Positions 29,755 through 42,910 of a stretch of 64,000 nucleotides of DNA are shown here, piece after piece. The stretch is from the human T2T-CHM13v2.0 reference genome, Homo sapiens. The stretch is from the NCBI RefSeq assembly GCF_009914755.1, contig NC_060931.1, one strand, 5' to 3'. Numbering within the stretch: the stretch's first letter is position 1; the number at the start of each line of letters is the position of its first letter. The translations under genes were made by a program, and so were the position numbers. The notes below the pieces were generated by a model. That model had not been told where the DNA came from and ran no database searches. It saw only the letters and a program-made list of their open reading frames with translations.

Positions 29755-30150
29755 TTCGCGTTATCTGCCGCTGCATAACAAAGCACCCCAAGCTTAGCAG
29801 CAGTCATTACCCGTGAACTTGCACTTGCACTTGGGCAGGGCTTGGTGGAGACATTCCACGAGGCCTGGGCCGGGTTAGCTCCACTTCGGACTGGAGGATC
29901 CACTCACGATGGCACACGTGGCTGGCAGGCAGGTGGGCTCAGTGTCATGTGGAAGCCTGGCCACGGTTCCGTGGGCCTGGGTTCCCCTCCACATGGGCCC
30001 CTCTACGAGCTGCTGGGCTTCCCCACAGCATGGCGGCTGGGTCCACGGCACAGGTGTCCTGGGGAACCAAGAGGAAGCTGCATCACTGTTTGGGATCCAG
30101 CCTCCACTGTGACCACAAGTGCCCACCCAGATTCAAGGAGTCAACTAAAG
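29755..30150 (-). mobile_element. Degenerate MLT1 LTR fragment
   Basis: gttatctgccgctgcataacaaagcaccccaagcttagcagc resembles a MaLR terminus. Confidence 0.5.
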
Positions 30151-30450
30151 GAAAATTTTGCTTTCGAAGAAGTAAAGTTAGTTTTATTCAGATTCCTATT
30201 GAGCATTGCAATCCGGGAGGGTGTTTCAGAGTTTCAGTTCGACTGCTCCAAAGCAATGTTTCGGGCCTCAGCTTATCAACGGGTGGCGGAGGCTCTGCAC
30301 CTGCTCAGGGGGTACCTTAGAGCCAAATGCGATCGTCAAAGTTTCGGTGCAAGAGTCCATCTCGTCATAGATTACAGCCACTGATCCTGTCAGACGTTAT
30401 CTTATGTGCAGGAGGAGACAAGGGCTAGGATCGTTGACCTTATCTTTTTA

Positions 30451-30744
<294 letters not shown>

Positions 30745-31663
30745 TGCAGGGATTCAAGCAAGAGCCGTGGGCACCTGCGCCATGCCTGCTCAGTCTCTGG
30801 GACATTCTTCCAGGGGGCGCGCCCAGTCACTGAGGCAGGGCGCACACTTTTTTCCGCACAGTTGCAAGGATGCCTTAAACTAAATTTCTGGAAACCGGGT
30901 CACTGAGCCAAGGGACAGTTCCTTTTTGATGTCTGGTGGATCTCTAGTACACTGCAAAAGCGTCCCGTGAAACTCCACTGGTGGAATGAGCAAACACGGC
31001 TTCTGGCCTCTGCTACTTTGTGTCACAAAGGGGGAAGACCACAAGCCCTCCTGTGGAGGGAGAAGCGCAGTGTTACGTTACGCAAAGACAGTGTGGTTGG
31101 GAGAATCTGTGCGGCCATCTCTGGAAGCCGCCATCTGCCACAGCCGACAGGTGCGGGCCTGAGTTTGGAACCAGGTCTGTCTGACTCCAGCCCCTCCGGG
31201 GGAGCCCACCTACCCACCCACCTCACCCACCCTGCCTCTGATGTCAGGGGCAGGCAGGACCTGAGCCAGCCAATCACAGCACTGCATTCCTCCTGGTCAC
31301 AGAGATGGCTCAGGCCTGAGTATCTGTCTGGCAGGCCTGGACCAATCAGGTCTGATCAGAACAGTCCCAAGTTCCACTTGAGCAGCCAGGCTGCAGTTGG
31401 CACACGTCTCTGCAGGGCGCTGGAGGTCCACCGGACATCAGAAAGCAACAATGCCTTGGCTCAGCCACCTGGTTTCTAGGAATTTATTTTAAGATATCCT
31501 TGCAACTGTGCCCATCCTTGCAAGTATGCACACAGATATTTTTATCAGGATGTTCTGTGACAGCCTAAGATTGGAAACAATGTAAATATGCAAATATGCA
31601 CACCCGGCCATGCCCCCCAGAGCAAGCAACACGTACAGGCAGCCGTTAGAGGAGTACTGTTAA

Positions 31664-33048
<1,385 letters not shown>

Positions 33049-34146
33049 ATCAAAAGTATTCCCTGAATTAATTAAGTAAGCTTTGCTAGGCAGGTAGGAC
33101 CCCCAGCCTACCCAGTAGTGGCCCTGGTATGAGGCACTCCCTCCCCGCCGCAGCCGCCCAGCCCTGGCCCTGAGGCTGTACAGCAGGATAGAGGTAGTGA
33201 GCTCCCCACCACAGGAGGCGTGCAACTGTGCCTGGGGCTTTCCCTCCCAGCTAATCAAGGGGGACCAACCCGGGAGGGGTGAGGGCCTCAGGCTGCCTCG
33301 GCTCTGCGGTTCGTACAGGGCATGGGCAACGCCCCAGAGACAGGCTGTGGGGAGGGTCCCGCCTGCTGGCACCAGCTCCAGCTGCCTCATGTCAGGGCAG
33401 GCTGTGCAAAGCAGGCCCGGCCGCTTCTGCTGCCAGCAGCCCTCCCACCCCTCACAGCGGTTTAGGAGACAGATGGACAGGGCTCGTAAACCCCGCCACC
33501 TGCCACCCGGCAGCCCTTCCATGTTCCTGTCCTAGCTCAGAGGGTTGCATCCCCTGCCCGGGCGGCAGCCCTCGAAAAGGAGCAGGCTGCTACCTGGGGC
33601 GAGAACACCCTCAGGGAGATGCAGGTGGTGGCCTGTGAGGACTGTGGGATTTGAGTCCCCTCATGGGCCTCCCTGAGGTCTCACTCCTGTCCCTTGCCCC
33701 GTGGGGAGCTGATCAGAGAAGAGCTGGGTGCACACGGATGGGGTTTGGGAGAGGCCTGCAAACCCTGAGCTCCACAGGGTCCCACTCAGAGCCTGTGAAA
33801 GGCAGGGGGCTCCCCTCCAAGCCAGGGCCTCGGCCCCAAAGCCCTGTGAATCCCAGTTCTGAGGGGTGGCCAAGGCCAAGGGGCCTGGACTGGCAGGTTC
33901 AGCAGAACCAGGGGCAGAACAGTCCACGTGCCACATCCTTCTCTCTGGCCAGGAGACATGGATGCCTGACCCCAGAGGGCCCCCGTCCTGCCCTCCCCTC
34001 CCCGGCCCCACCAGGGCCTCAGCCCCACATTCCACGCAGGCCTGCAGCTTTAAGCCATCCGCTGGGGGCTGCCCTGCAAACTGCTCGTTCCACATTCTCG
34101 GGGTGGTGGGGTGGGTGGGGTGCGGGCACGCCCTCCCGCGGAGGCC

Positions 34147-34152
34147 TATAAG
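34147..34152 (+). promoter_or_regulatory. CYP2W1: CYP2W1 TATA box (TATAAG), preceded by GT boxes at 34100-34126
   Basis: cctataaggg about 60 nt upstream of the ATG. Confidence 0.75.
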
Positions 34153-34207
34153 GGTGCGGGGGGGACGGGGCCCAGGAGGGGAGTGGAGCCTCACCAGCCA
34201 CGTCCTC

Positions 34208-34381
34208 ATGGCCCTGCTGCTCTTGCTGTTCCTGGGCCTCCTGGGGCTCTGGGGGCTGCTCTGCGCCTGCGCCCAAGACCCCTCCCCAGCTGCCCGGTGG
34301 CCCCCGGGGCCTCGCCCGCTGCCGCTCGTCGGGAACCTGCACTTGCTGCGTCTGTCGCAACAGGACCGGTCCCTGATGGAG
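34208..34381 (+). CDS. CYP2W1: CYP2W1 exon 1 (signal anchor and proline-rich hinge)
   Basis: MALLLLLFLGLLGLWGLL...PPGPRPLPLVGNL; donor GAG|GTAAGT; 174 nt. Confidence 0.97.
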
Positions 34382-35407
34382 GTAAGTCAGGGAGCCCGGG
34401 CAGCTCTTGCCGCTTGGACAGCTGCCGTGTCCTGGCCCCCCTCCTGGGGAAGCCCAGCCCGGTTTCCACTGCCTGTTCCCACATGGTGCCGGGCCCAGCG
34501 GGGCACGCAGGAGGCCGGAGGGCCCACCCTGCTTTTGGGAGGGGAAAGCCACCCCGTCCCACAGGGAAGCAGACACACTGAGTACGAAGAAGCCCTGGAG
34601 GTGCCACCCAGGGCCCGGCGCGGGAGCAGGAGTCTGGAGGGCTCCCTGGAGGCGGTGGCGTCTGCTGAGAGCCCGCAGGAGGCCAGGCTTAGGGACAGCA
34701 GAGGGGAGGAGGGCCTGGGCCTGTCGGCTGCCTGCTCAGCCCCCCTCGGCCCTCAGGTGTTCAACAGCAAACACTTCCCACTTTTGAGCCTCTGTTTCCT
34801 CATCTGTGAAATGGGAAGAGGACCTGTGCCTCCTGGGCAGGGATGCTGAGGACAGAGGGTACGGGGACACGGCACGGGGCAGCCTGACTAGCACTGTCGC
34901 TCTGTCCTCGCTCAGGCAGGCAGGGTCAGTGGGACAGGGCTGACCAGTCAGGCCCGGGCCCTGCCTCCGGCTGCCCCCAACTGCGGGCTGGGGTGCTGCT
35001 GGCCGGGCTGTAGCCGAAGACGGATCAGGGTCTCTGGGGGCCGAGCCTGTCAGGCCCTCACTCTGTGCAGACTCTGGCCTTTCAGAATGTGCCACCCCAG
35101 CAGACAGCCAGCCCCCGACCTTGCCGCCTGGACTCAGGGCTTGAGCCCCCCAGGAATTTTGGCTAAAAAGAAAATCCCACAACAGCCATGCCAAGCACCA
35201 GATGGCGAGAGGGCTCTGTGGGCTCCAGGCTGGGCGCTGCCCCCTCCACCCTGCACCACTGGCTTTATGGCATCTAGGCGTGCCCCCTCCACCTGCCCCC
35301 ATTTTCCCTCTGTCCCCACCCCTACCCAGCACAGGCCCGGCCTGAGGGGACCTAAGGGGGGTCTTGTGGGTGAGGGCTGCCCGGGTGACCCCCGCCATCC
35401 CTGCCAG

Positions 35408-35570
35408 CTCTCAGAACGCTACGGGCCGGTGTTCACCGTGCACCTGGGGCGCCAGAAGACGGTGGTGCTGACGGGGTTCGAGGCGGTCAAAGAGGCGCTG
35501 GCGGGCCCCGGGCAGGAGCTGGCCGACCGGCCTCCCATCGCCATCTTCCAGCTCATCCAGCGAGGTGGAG
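35408..35570 (+). CDS. CYP2W1: CYP2W1 exon 2
   Basis: LSERYGPVFTVHLG...VKEAL...ADRP; cAG acceptor, GAG|GTCGGT donor; 163 nt. Confidence 0.95.
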
Positions 35571-35945
35571 GTCGGTGTGTGGCCGGCGCTACGGGGCCTA
35601 CTGGGTGTGGGGGCACCTGGACCCCAGGAGGGGTGGGGGCTCCAGCAGCGGGAGAGGCTCCCAGGGTGGCCTGGGGAAGAGCAGGCAGGAGCTGGGCCTC
35701 CGGGCTGGTGCTGAGAAGGGCCAGGTGTCCACACAGCAGGTCAGGTGCTCAGAACCAGCAAGCGGGGTTCTTTTCATCCCAAGTCAAGAGGGGCCAGGGC
35801 CAGCCCAGGGGGACGGGAGTGGGGATGGGGGTGAGGGCCCAGCCAGTCTCGCTGCCCTGTCAGCCTGCTCACTTCCTGCCCACTTGCCTGGCGGGGCTGG
35901 CTGGGGTGGGAACCTGGGCTCACCACGCACTGTATCTGCCTACAG

Positions 35946-36095
35946 GCATCTTCTTCTCATCTGGGGCGCGCTGGAGGGCTGCCCGCCAGTTCACGGTGCG
36001 TGCCCTGCACAGCCTGGGCGTGGGCCGGGAGCCGGTGGCTGACAAGATTCTGCAGGAGCTGAAATGCCTCTCTGGGCAGCTGGATGGCTACAGAG
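35946..36095 (+). CDS. CYP2W1: CYP2W1 exon 3
   Basis: GIFFSSGARWRAARQF (WxxxR); 150 nt; donor GAG|GTGAGC. Confidence 0.96.
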
Positions 36096-36161
36096 GTGAG
36101 CAGGGGGCCGGGGACGCCCCTCCCCGGGCCTGGACGTGCCTGAGGCCCGTCTCCCTCGCAG

Positions 36162-36319
36162 GCCGGCCCTTCCCGCTGGCCCTACTGGGCTGGGCTCCCT
36201 CCAATATCACCTTCGCGCTCCTCTTCGGCCGCCGATTTGACTACCGGGACCCCGTGTTTGTGTCCCTGCTGGGTCTCATCGATGAGGTCATGGTCCTCTT
36301 GGGGTCCCCTGGCCTGCAG
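36162..36319 (+). CDS. CYP2W1: CYP2W1 exon 4
   Basis: APSNITFALLFGRRFDY; 158 nt; donor CAG|GTGAGG. Confidence 0.96.
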
Positions 36320-37619
36320 GTGAGGAGCTGCCTCCCATCCTTGGGGTGGGGTGGAGCCTGGAGTGATGGGCGTGCAGCAGGAGGACGGGGGCCCCAGTGC
36401 TGTCCCCTCTCAGCTTCTCGGCCCTCCCACCTTGCAAAAGGAATCAGATGCAAGGGCCTGAATCAGGACCCATCCGACGTTAGCTGGTCATGTGGCCTCA
36501 AACCAGCCCCTGTGCTCTCCAGGAAATGGGGGATCCCCATCTCCCCCACGCCCTCATCAGTAACAGATGCATCTGCTCAAGAGTGGAGGTGGGAGGCAGG
36601 CATGGCTTCCCCAGAATTGCGGGGGGCTCCATGTCTGCCCCCCAAGCCCTGACAGTCCAGGCACCTTCCTGCTGACGCCCTTTACAGTGCCCCAAAACCA
36701 CAAAAGTTCACCCCTCTGATGTTTGGAACTCGTGTATTTCATTTAGCTTCAAAATGTAAAGATCCCCTCTTTTTGGTCCTCATGGTATTTGATGTGCGTT
36801 TACCGAAGCCTGCATCTCAGGTGTGATACCTGCATCACGGCTGGACCCAGAGACCACGGGTCCTAGTCCTCCTGGCTTCCCAGAGGCAGGGCCGTGATGG
36901 GAGTGAGTGAGCAGCGGTGGGTTCACAAGCGAGAGCAGGGGGCACAGCTTCCACCCGTCCTAGCCAGGGTGAGACCACCCTGCCTGCTGGTGGAGCCAGG
37001 CAGGCCCAGAGCCCACCTGGAAGATGGAGGCTGCACGGCACTGCGTGGTCCGGGGCAGCCCCAGGGCAGCAGAGCATTCCCTGGCCTTCCCTGCTGGTGC
37101 CAGCTCCTTACCACAGAGACGCCGCGTGGAACTCACTACTGGCGATCGCGGACGCCCCAGGAAGGCGAGTGGCACGAGGTGTGGCGGGGCTGCCACAGGC
37201 AGTCACGGAGCACCCGCTGGTGCCAGGCTCACCCCTCAGATACAGCCTCGTGGGCTGGCTCAGTGGCGGCCCTGACTCTCCAAGGTCTGAGGTCTGCTCT
37301 GTCTTCCATTCCATGACTCACAGGAGGTTCAAGGTTACTTCCACTGTGGCAGCTGCCTCCCTCCTCCCTCTCCAGGATGGAAGGAGGTCCTGCTGTGCAA
37401 ACCTGCCTGGCTGTCCCCTTCCGGGACACGGACAGGGGGTTTCCTGGCAGTTCCTGGTCCTCCCTTGAGGGCTAAGGGTCCCCCCGTTCTGTGGCCGCCT
37501 CCAGCACATCCACCCAGAGTCCCTGGGCGTGAACACAGCCGCTGGGGACGATCACCGCCTGCCCAGCGTGCAGCCCTGGGGCTGCGTCCTTATCTCCGCT
37601 CCTCCTGCCTCCTGCCCAG

Positions 37620-37793
37620 CTGTTCAACGTCTACCCATGGCTCGGGGCCCTGCTCCAGCTGCACCGGCCCGTCCTGCGCAAGATCGAGGAGGTCCGTGCC
37701 ATTCTGAGGACCCTCCTGGAGGCGCGGAGGCCCCACGTGTGCCCGGGGGACCCCGTGTGCAGCTATGTGGACGCCCTGATCCAGCAGGGACAG
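37620..37793 (+). CDS. CYP2W1: CYP2W1 exon 5
   Basis: LFNVYPWLGALLQLHRP...SYVDALIQQGQ; 174 nt; donor CAG|GTGTGT. Confidence 0.94.
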
Positions 37794-38102
37794 GTGTGTC
37801 GGGACCCAAGACCTCCTTGAAGGCCTGTAGGGGTCCTGAGGGACACCCCAGGGGAGCACGGCTGGGGAGGGGTCCATACCGGTCCTGCACCAAGCTCCCT
37901 ACCTCCTGGCTGGGGGCCTCTCAGAGCCTCAGTCTCCTTGTCTGTGAAACGGGGCATCCATAGTGCCTGCCTCGGGGACGCTGAGGGATGGCTGAGCCCA
38001 GATCACCGGGGCATCCATAGTGGAGCCCAGGGCTGGGCTGGGTCTGTGGGGTGGGGGACAGACCCCAGATCATCCCACGAGCCCTGCCCCACGCCTCTGC
38101 AG

Positions 38103-38241
38103 GGGGATGACCCCGAGGGCCTGTTTGCTGAGGCCAACGCGGTGGCCTGCACCCTGGACATGGTCATGGCCGGGACGGAGACGACCTCGGCCACGCTGCA
38201 GTGGGCCGCACTTCTGATGGGCCGGCACCCGGACGTGCAGG
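38103..38241 (+). CDS. CYP2W1: CYP2W1 exon 6 (I-helix)
   Basis: AGTETTS motif; 139 nt; donor AGG|GTGAGA. Confidence 0.96.
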
Positions 38242-38342
38242 GTGAGACCCCGGCGCCTGGCGAGACGGCTCCTTCTGCCCCCGGGGGACCCCCAGGGACG
38301 AGGGATGGCGCTGCCACCCAAGCGGCCCACCCTTTGCCCCAG

Positions 38343-38527
38343 GCCGGGTGCAGGAGGAGCTAGACCGCGTGCTGGGCCCTGGGCGGACTCCCCGGCTGGA
38401 GGACCAGCAGGCTCTGCCCTACACAAGCGCCGTGCTCCACGAGGTGCAGCGGTTCATCACGCTCCTGCCGCACGTGCCCCGCTGCACCGCGGCCGACACA
38501 CAGCTGGGCGGCTTCCTGCTCCCCAAG
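38343..38527 (+). CDS. CYP2W1: CYP2W1 exon 7 (K-helix ExxR)
   Basis: VQEELDRV...AVLHEVQRF...LLPK; 185 nt; donor AAG|GTGGGG. Confidence 0.96.
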
Positions 38528-38744
38528 GTGGGGCTGGGCCTCCCTTGCCCCTTCCATCTCCTCTGGGGTAGGCCTCGGCGGGGGTCCAGGGGCACTGGGA
38601 CGGCTGAGCGTCTGGTGGGTGCCTGATGGCCCAGCGCTCCCCGACCGGAGGCAATAAAGGGCGTCCAGCCAGGAGCAGGAGGGAGGCAGCCCTCTCACCC
38701 CACAGCCCAGCACTTGGCCTGGCCAGCAGACCTGGCGCCTCCCT

Positions 38745-39075
38745 GCATGTCCTGGGGTCCCCTCCGTGTGTCCTGTGGGCATCCCTGTCCATGTGTCCTA
38801 GGCGATCCCCTCGGTGTGTCCTGGGGGTCCCCTCTGTATCCTGGGGGGGTCCCCTCTGTGTGTCCTGGGGATCCCCTGTGTGTCCTGAGGGGTCCCCTCT
38901 GTGTGTCCTGGGGATCCCCTGTGTGTCCTGGGGGGGTCCCCTGTGTGTCCTGGGGGTCCCCTCTGTGTGTCCTGGGGGGGTCCCCTCTGTGTGTCCTGGG
39001 GGGTCCCCTCTGTGTGTCCTGGGGGTCCCCTCTGTGTGTCCTGGGGCGTCCCTCTCCATGCATCCTGGGTGTCCT
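38745..39075. repeat. ~21-24-bp minisatellite in CYP2W1 intron 7
   Basis: ccctctgtgtgtcctgggggt repeated about 13-14 times. Confidence 0.9.
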
Positions 39076-39272
39076 CTCTATCCTTGGGGCCCCTGGCTGT
39101 GTGCCCTGGGGTCATGTGGCCTCCCTGGGTTTGGGTGCCTCACCTGCAAGGTGGGCTAACACCAGGTGTGGTGGGTGTGGCAGGAGCTACATCCTGGAAT
39201 GAAACTTCCCAACCCAGGCCCCATCCCATCTTCCCCGGGGCCCCTCTCTCTGTGCCCCGGCTGCCCCCACAG

Positions 39273-39414
39273 GGCACGCCCGTGATTCCCCTGCTGACCT
39301 CGGTGCTCCTGGATGAGACACAGTGGCAGACCCCAGGCCAGTTCAACCCCGGCCATTTCCTGGACGCGAATGGGCACTTTGTGAAGCGGGAGGCCTTCCT
39401 GCCTTTCTCTGCAG
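39273..39414 (+). CDS. CYP2W1: CYP2W1 exon 8
   Basis: GTPVIPLL...FNPGHFLD...FLPFSA; 142 nt; donor CAG|GTCAGC. Confidence 0.96.
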
Positions 39415-39630
39415 GTCAGCAGCCCTCGGGGCCGGGGTGGGGCGGCACCTCCAGGGCTCCAGGGGTGGGACGGCCCCAGCTCCGCCTGCCGCCTCTGCAC
39501 CCACCTCCTGATCTCAGGTTCTGAAGGCGGCTGTGGTGGCTGCTCCTGTGCTCCCCTGGGGAGGTCCCCACCCCTCCCCTCCAGGAGCAGGCCTGGTGCA
39601 GCCCACTCTGTGCCTGGACATCCCCCGCAG

Positions 39631-39818
39631 GCCGCCGCGTCTGTGTTGGGGAGCGCCTGGCCAGGACCGAGCTCTTCCTGCTGTTTGCCGGCCTCCTGCA
39701 GAGGTACCGCCTGCTGCCCCCGCCTGGCGTCAGTCCGGCCTCCCTGGACACCACGCCCGCCCGGGCTTTTACCATGAGGCCGAGGGCCCAGGCCCTGTGT
39801 GCGGTGCCCAGGCCCTAG
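39631..39818 (+). CDS. CYP2W1: CYP2W1 exon 9 (heme-ligating Cys)
   Basis: FSA|GRRVCVGE heme signature; TAG at 39816-39818; summed CDS 1473 nt = 490 aa. Confidence 0.97.
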
Positions 39819-40449
39819 GAGCTCCCCCAGCCCCCAGGTCCTCCTGACCACTCCCCTCCCAGCCCTGGGTCCTCCCACCCTCTCTCCTCCCACCCCACAG
39901 CTTGGACTGCTCTGGGAGGGCCCTGAGGACTCCCACCCTCACCCCCACCCCCACAGGGTCAGCAACTGCTTCCGGTTACACCCAGGACTACCCCTGCCCG
40001 ACCCTGTGGGACCCCCACCCCTCTGATGCTGTCTGCAGCTCAGTCCCTGCCAGCCCCCAGGAGCGCCTCCAGGGCCCCGCCCACTCTCCCACCCCTGAAG
40101 CTGCACTCCCACCCACCTAGCTCCCCCCAGGGCCCCCCAGCACCTACAGCTGGGGCTGCAGGGAGACAACGGGTGGCTGCATCCAGCCAGAGACAGGCGC
40201 AGGTGGGTGTCCTCAGCGTGCGAGCCCTGCACCCCCCAGGTCCTGGGACTCCTGCAGACCCCACTCCATTCCCGCTCCTGGAACACTTCCTGCAGCTGTG
40301 CCTGGAGGCAGTCGGCCTGCAGTGCCAGACTCTGAGCCAAGCCACTGGGGCCATGCGTATGACTGGTGCAGGGAGGCAAGGCCCACATTCTCCTTCAGAG
40401 ACAGGCACTGGCGCCAGAGGCTTCCTTGGGGCGGGGGGAGGGCACCTCA

Positions 40450-40790
<341 letters not shown>

Positions 40791-40802
40791 AATGTCGAGC
40801 CA

Positions 40803-41390
40803 CACAGTGGCACATGTGCTGGGGGCGGTGTGGTCGGCAGTGTGACAGTGGCACGTGTGCTGGGGGCGGTGTGGTCGGCAGTGTGAGTGGCGCGTGTGCT
40901 GGTGGCGGTGTGGTCGGCAGTGTGAGTGGCACCTGTGCTGGTGGTGGCGTGGTCGGCAGTGTGAGTGGCGCGTGTGCTGGGGGCGGTGTGGTCGGCAGTG
41001 TGAGTGGCGCGTGTGCTGGGGGCGGTGTGGTCGGCAGTGTGAGTGGCGCGTGTGCTGGGGGCGGTGTGGTCGGCAGTGTGAGTGGCGCGTGTGCTGGGGG
41101 CGGTGTGGTCGGCAGTGTGAGTGGCGCGTGTGCTGGGGGCGGTGTGGTCGGCAGTGTGAGTGGCGCGTGTGCTGGGGGCGGTGTGGTCGGCAGTGTGACA
41201 GTGGCGCGTGTGCTGGGGGTGGTGTGGTCGGCAGTGTGACAGTGGCGCGTGTGCTGGGGGCGGTGTGGTCGGCAGTGTGACAGTGGCGCGTGTGCTGGGG
41301 GTGGTGTGGTCGGCAGTGTGACAGTGGCGCGTGTGCTGGGGGCGGTGTGGTCGGCAGTGTGACAGTGGCGCGTGTGCTGGGGGCGGTGTG
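40803..41390. repeat. 39/41-bp GT-rich minisatellite, about 14-15 copies
   Basis: gtgtgctgggggcggtgtggtcggcagtgtga(ca)gtggcgc. Confidence 0.95.
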
Positions 41391-42689
41391 ATGGGACACC
41401 TGCTGTCTGAGACGGCCCTGGCCCCCGTCCCAGCGCTGACCATGCACGTGAGCGGCAGGCGGCCCCTCACCGAGAAGAGAGGATAAGCCGTGGCACATTC
41501 CCACCTGCGCCACGTGAAGCGGCGCCCCAAGGCCAGGACGTGGTGGCCGGGACACACGGGTGCACGGCAGGCCTCACACTCCCAGGTGGGGCCGCAGGGT
41601 CCCTAAGTCATGGGTGGGGCTGCTGCTACGGAGGCTGCTGCAAGGACGAGAAGGGGACGGAGGGATGGAGGCTCGGCTGCGTCCGCTCACCTATTTCTGG
41701 GGAAGAGCAGGGAGCGAGTGCTGGCTTCACTATTCTCCCCTCAGACATTTGAAATATGACACTGAAAACTTGAAGGGCAGAAAGAACGGGGTCCTGGCGC
41801 CAGGTGGGGCCACGCGACGCCCCGCCCAGTGTGACTGGTGAGCCCCTCTGGAGCTCTGGAGGGTGCGGAACATTCCAGGGCAGGGGCTGTGGAAAATCCC
41901 TCCCAGCTGTTGTCAGGGCTCCCGGGTGGGGTGGAGGACTCAGGCCCAGCCCTCCCAACCCTACAGGGGACCCTTGTGCCCCCAACTTAGTCGGCCTCCT
42001 GGGTGGGGTGAAGGACTCAGGCCCCGCCCTCCCGGCCCTGCAGGGGACCCTCGGGCCCCCGCCTTACATTGGCCTGGGGTATTCATCTCCTTGGGCCCAG
42101 GGGAGCCCGAGGCCCACGTGGGGAGGAAACGCTGACCCTGTCCCGCCCCGCTTCATGGAGGCCCAGCCGACATGAGGGACACCAAGTACAGGGTGATGAG
42201 TGACGGCTGAGCTTCCCCTCAAAGCACTAAGACAATAAACATAACCCCAACCCCAACCCTGACCCCGCTCGCCCGACTCACGCGACCTCTCACCCCATCT
42301 CACCCAGCGAGATGACAGGGCTCCTCCACGGGGTACAGCCAGGGCCCCCCAAGTTAGGCGGTCCAAATGCCTCATCCTCAAGTGTAAACAAGCCTAGCTT
42401 AGTGAAAACAGAGTAAGCAGGTATCAAATCTCCTTTAACTCATGCCCATGGGCGTGGGCAGGGGTGTGGGGCGGGCAGGAGGGAAGGGGGGGGCCGAGTG
42501 AGACCCGAACCCCGGAGGTGCCACCTTCTCGACCGGGCAGACCTGGGTGCCCGTTTCTCACAGCTGCACTCAGGCTGCCGGCCAGGTGCACAGGCACGTC
42601 CCGGGGGCTTGCTGGGAAATGCCGGGGCTTGGCACGGATGGGACAGGCCACTGTCTACGCCTCATTTCCAAGTGTTTCTTTGTTGCTAT

Positions 42690-42910
42690 TTTTAAAAATG
42701 GTGATAAAATACACGTAGAGAAAATTCACCATCAGCCATGTTGAAGTGCACAGTTCAGGGGCACAGGCACATTCACGGCCACCACTGTCACCTCCAGAGC
42801 CTCCTCATCTTCCCGGGCTGAAGCCCTGCTTGCGTTAAACACCCACTCCGAGTCCCTCCCCAGTCCTTCTCCTTCCTGGTCTGTGGGTGTGAGGGCTCTG
42901 GGGACCTCGA
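42690..42910 (-). mobile_element. Degenerate L1M 3' fragment
   Basis: ggtgataaaatacacgtagagaaaattcaccatcagccatgttgaagtgcacagttcag. Confidence 0.55.

Noticed and set aside
33866-34207. In-frame N-terminal extension of CYP2W1 (ATG near 33962)
   Set aside because: Starts upstream of the TATA box, so it is outside the expected mRNA and would bury the signal anchor
35087-36652. 521-aa ORF as a single-exon gene
   Set aside because: It is CYP2W1 exons 2-4 plus introns with canonical GT-AG sites; kept only as an intron-retention lead
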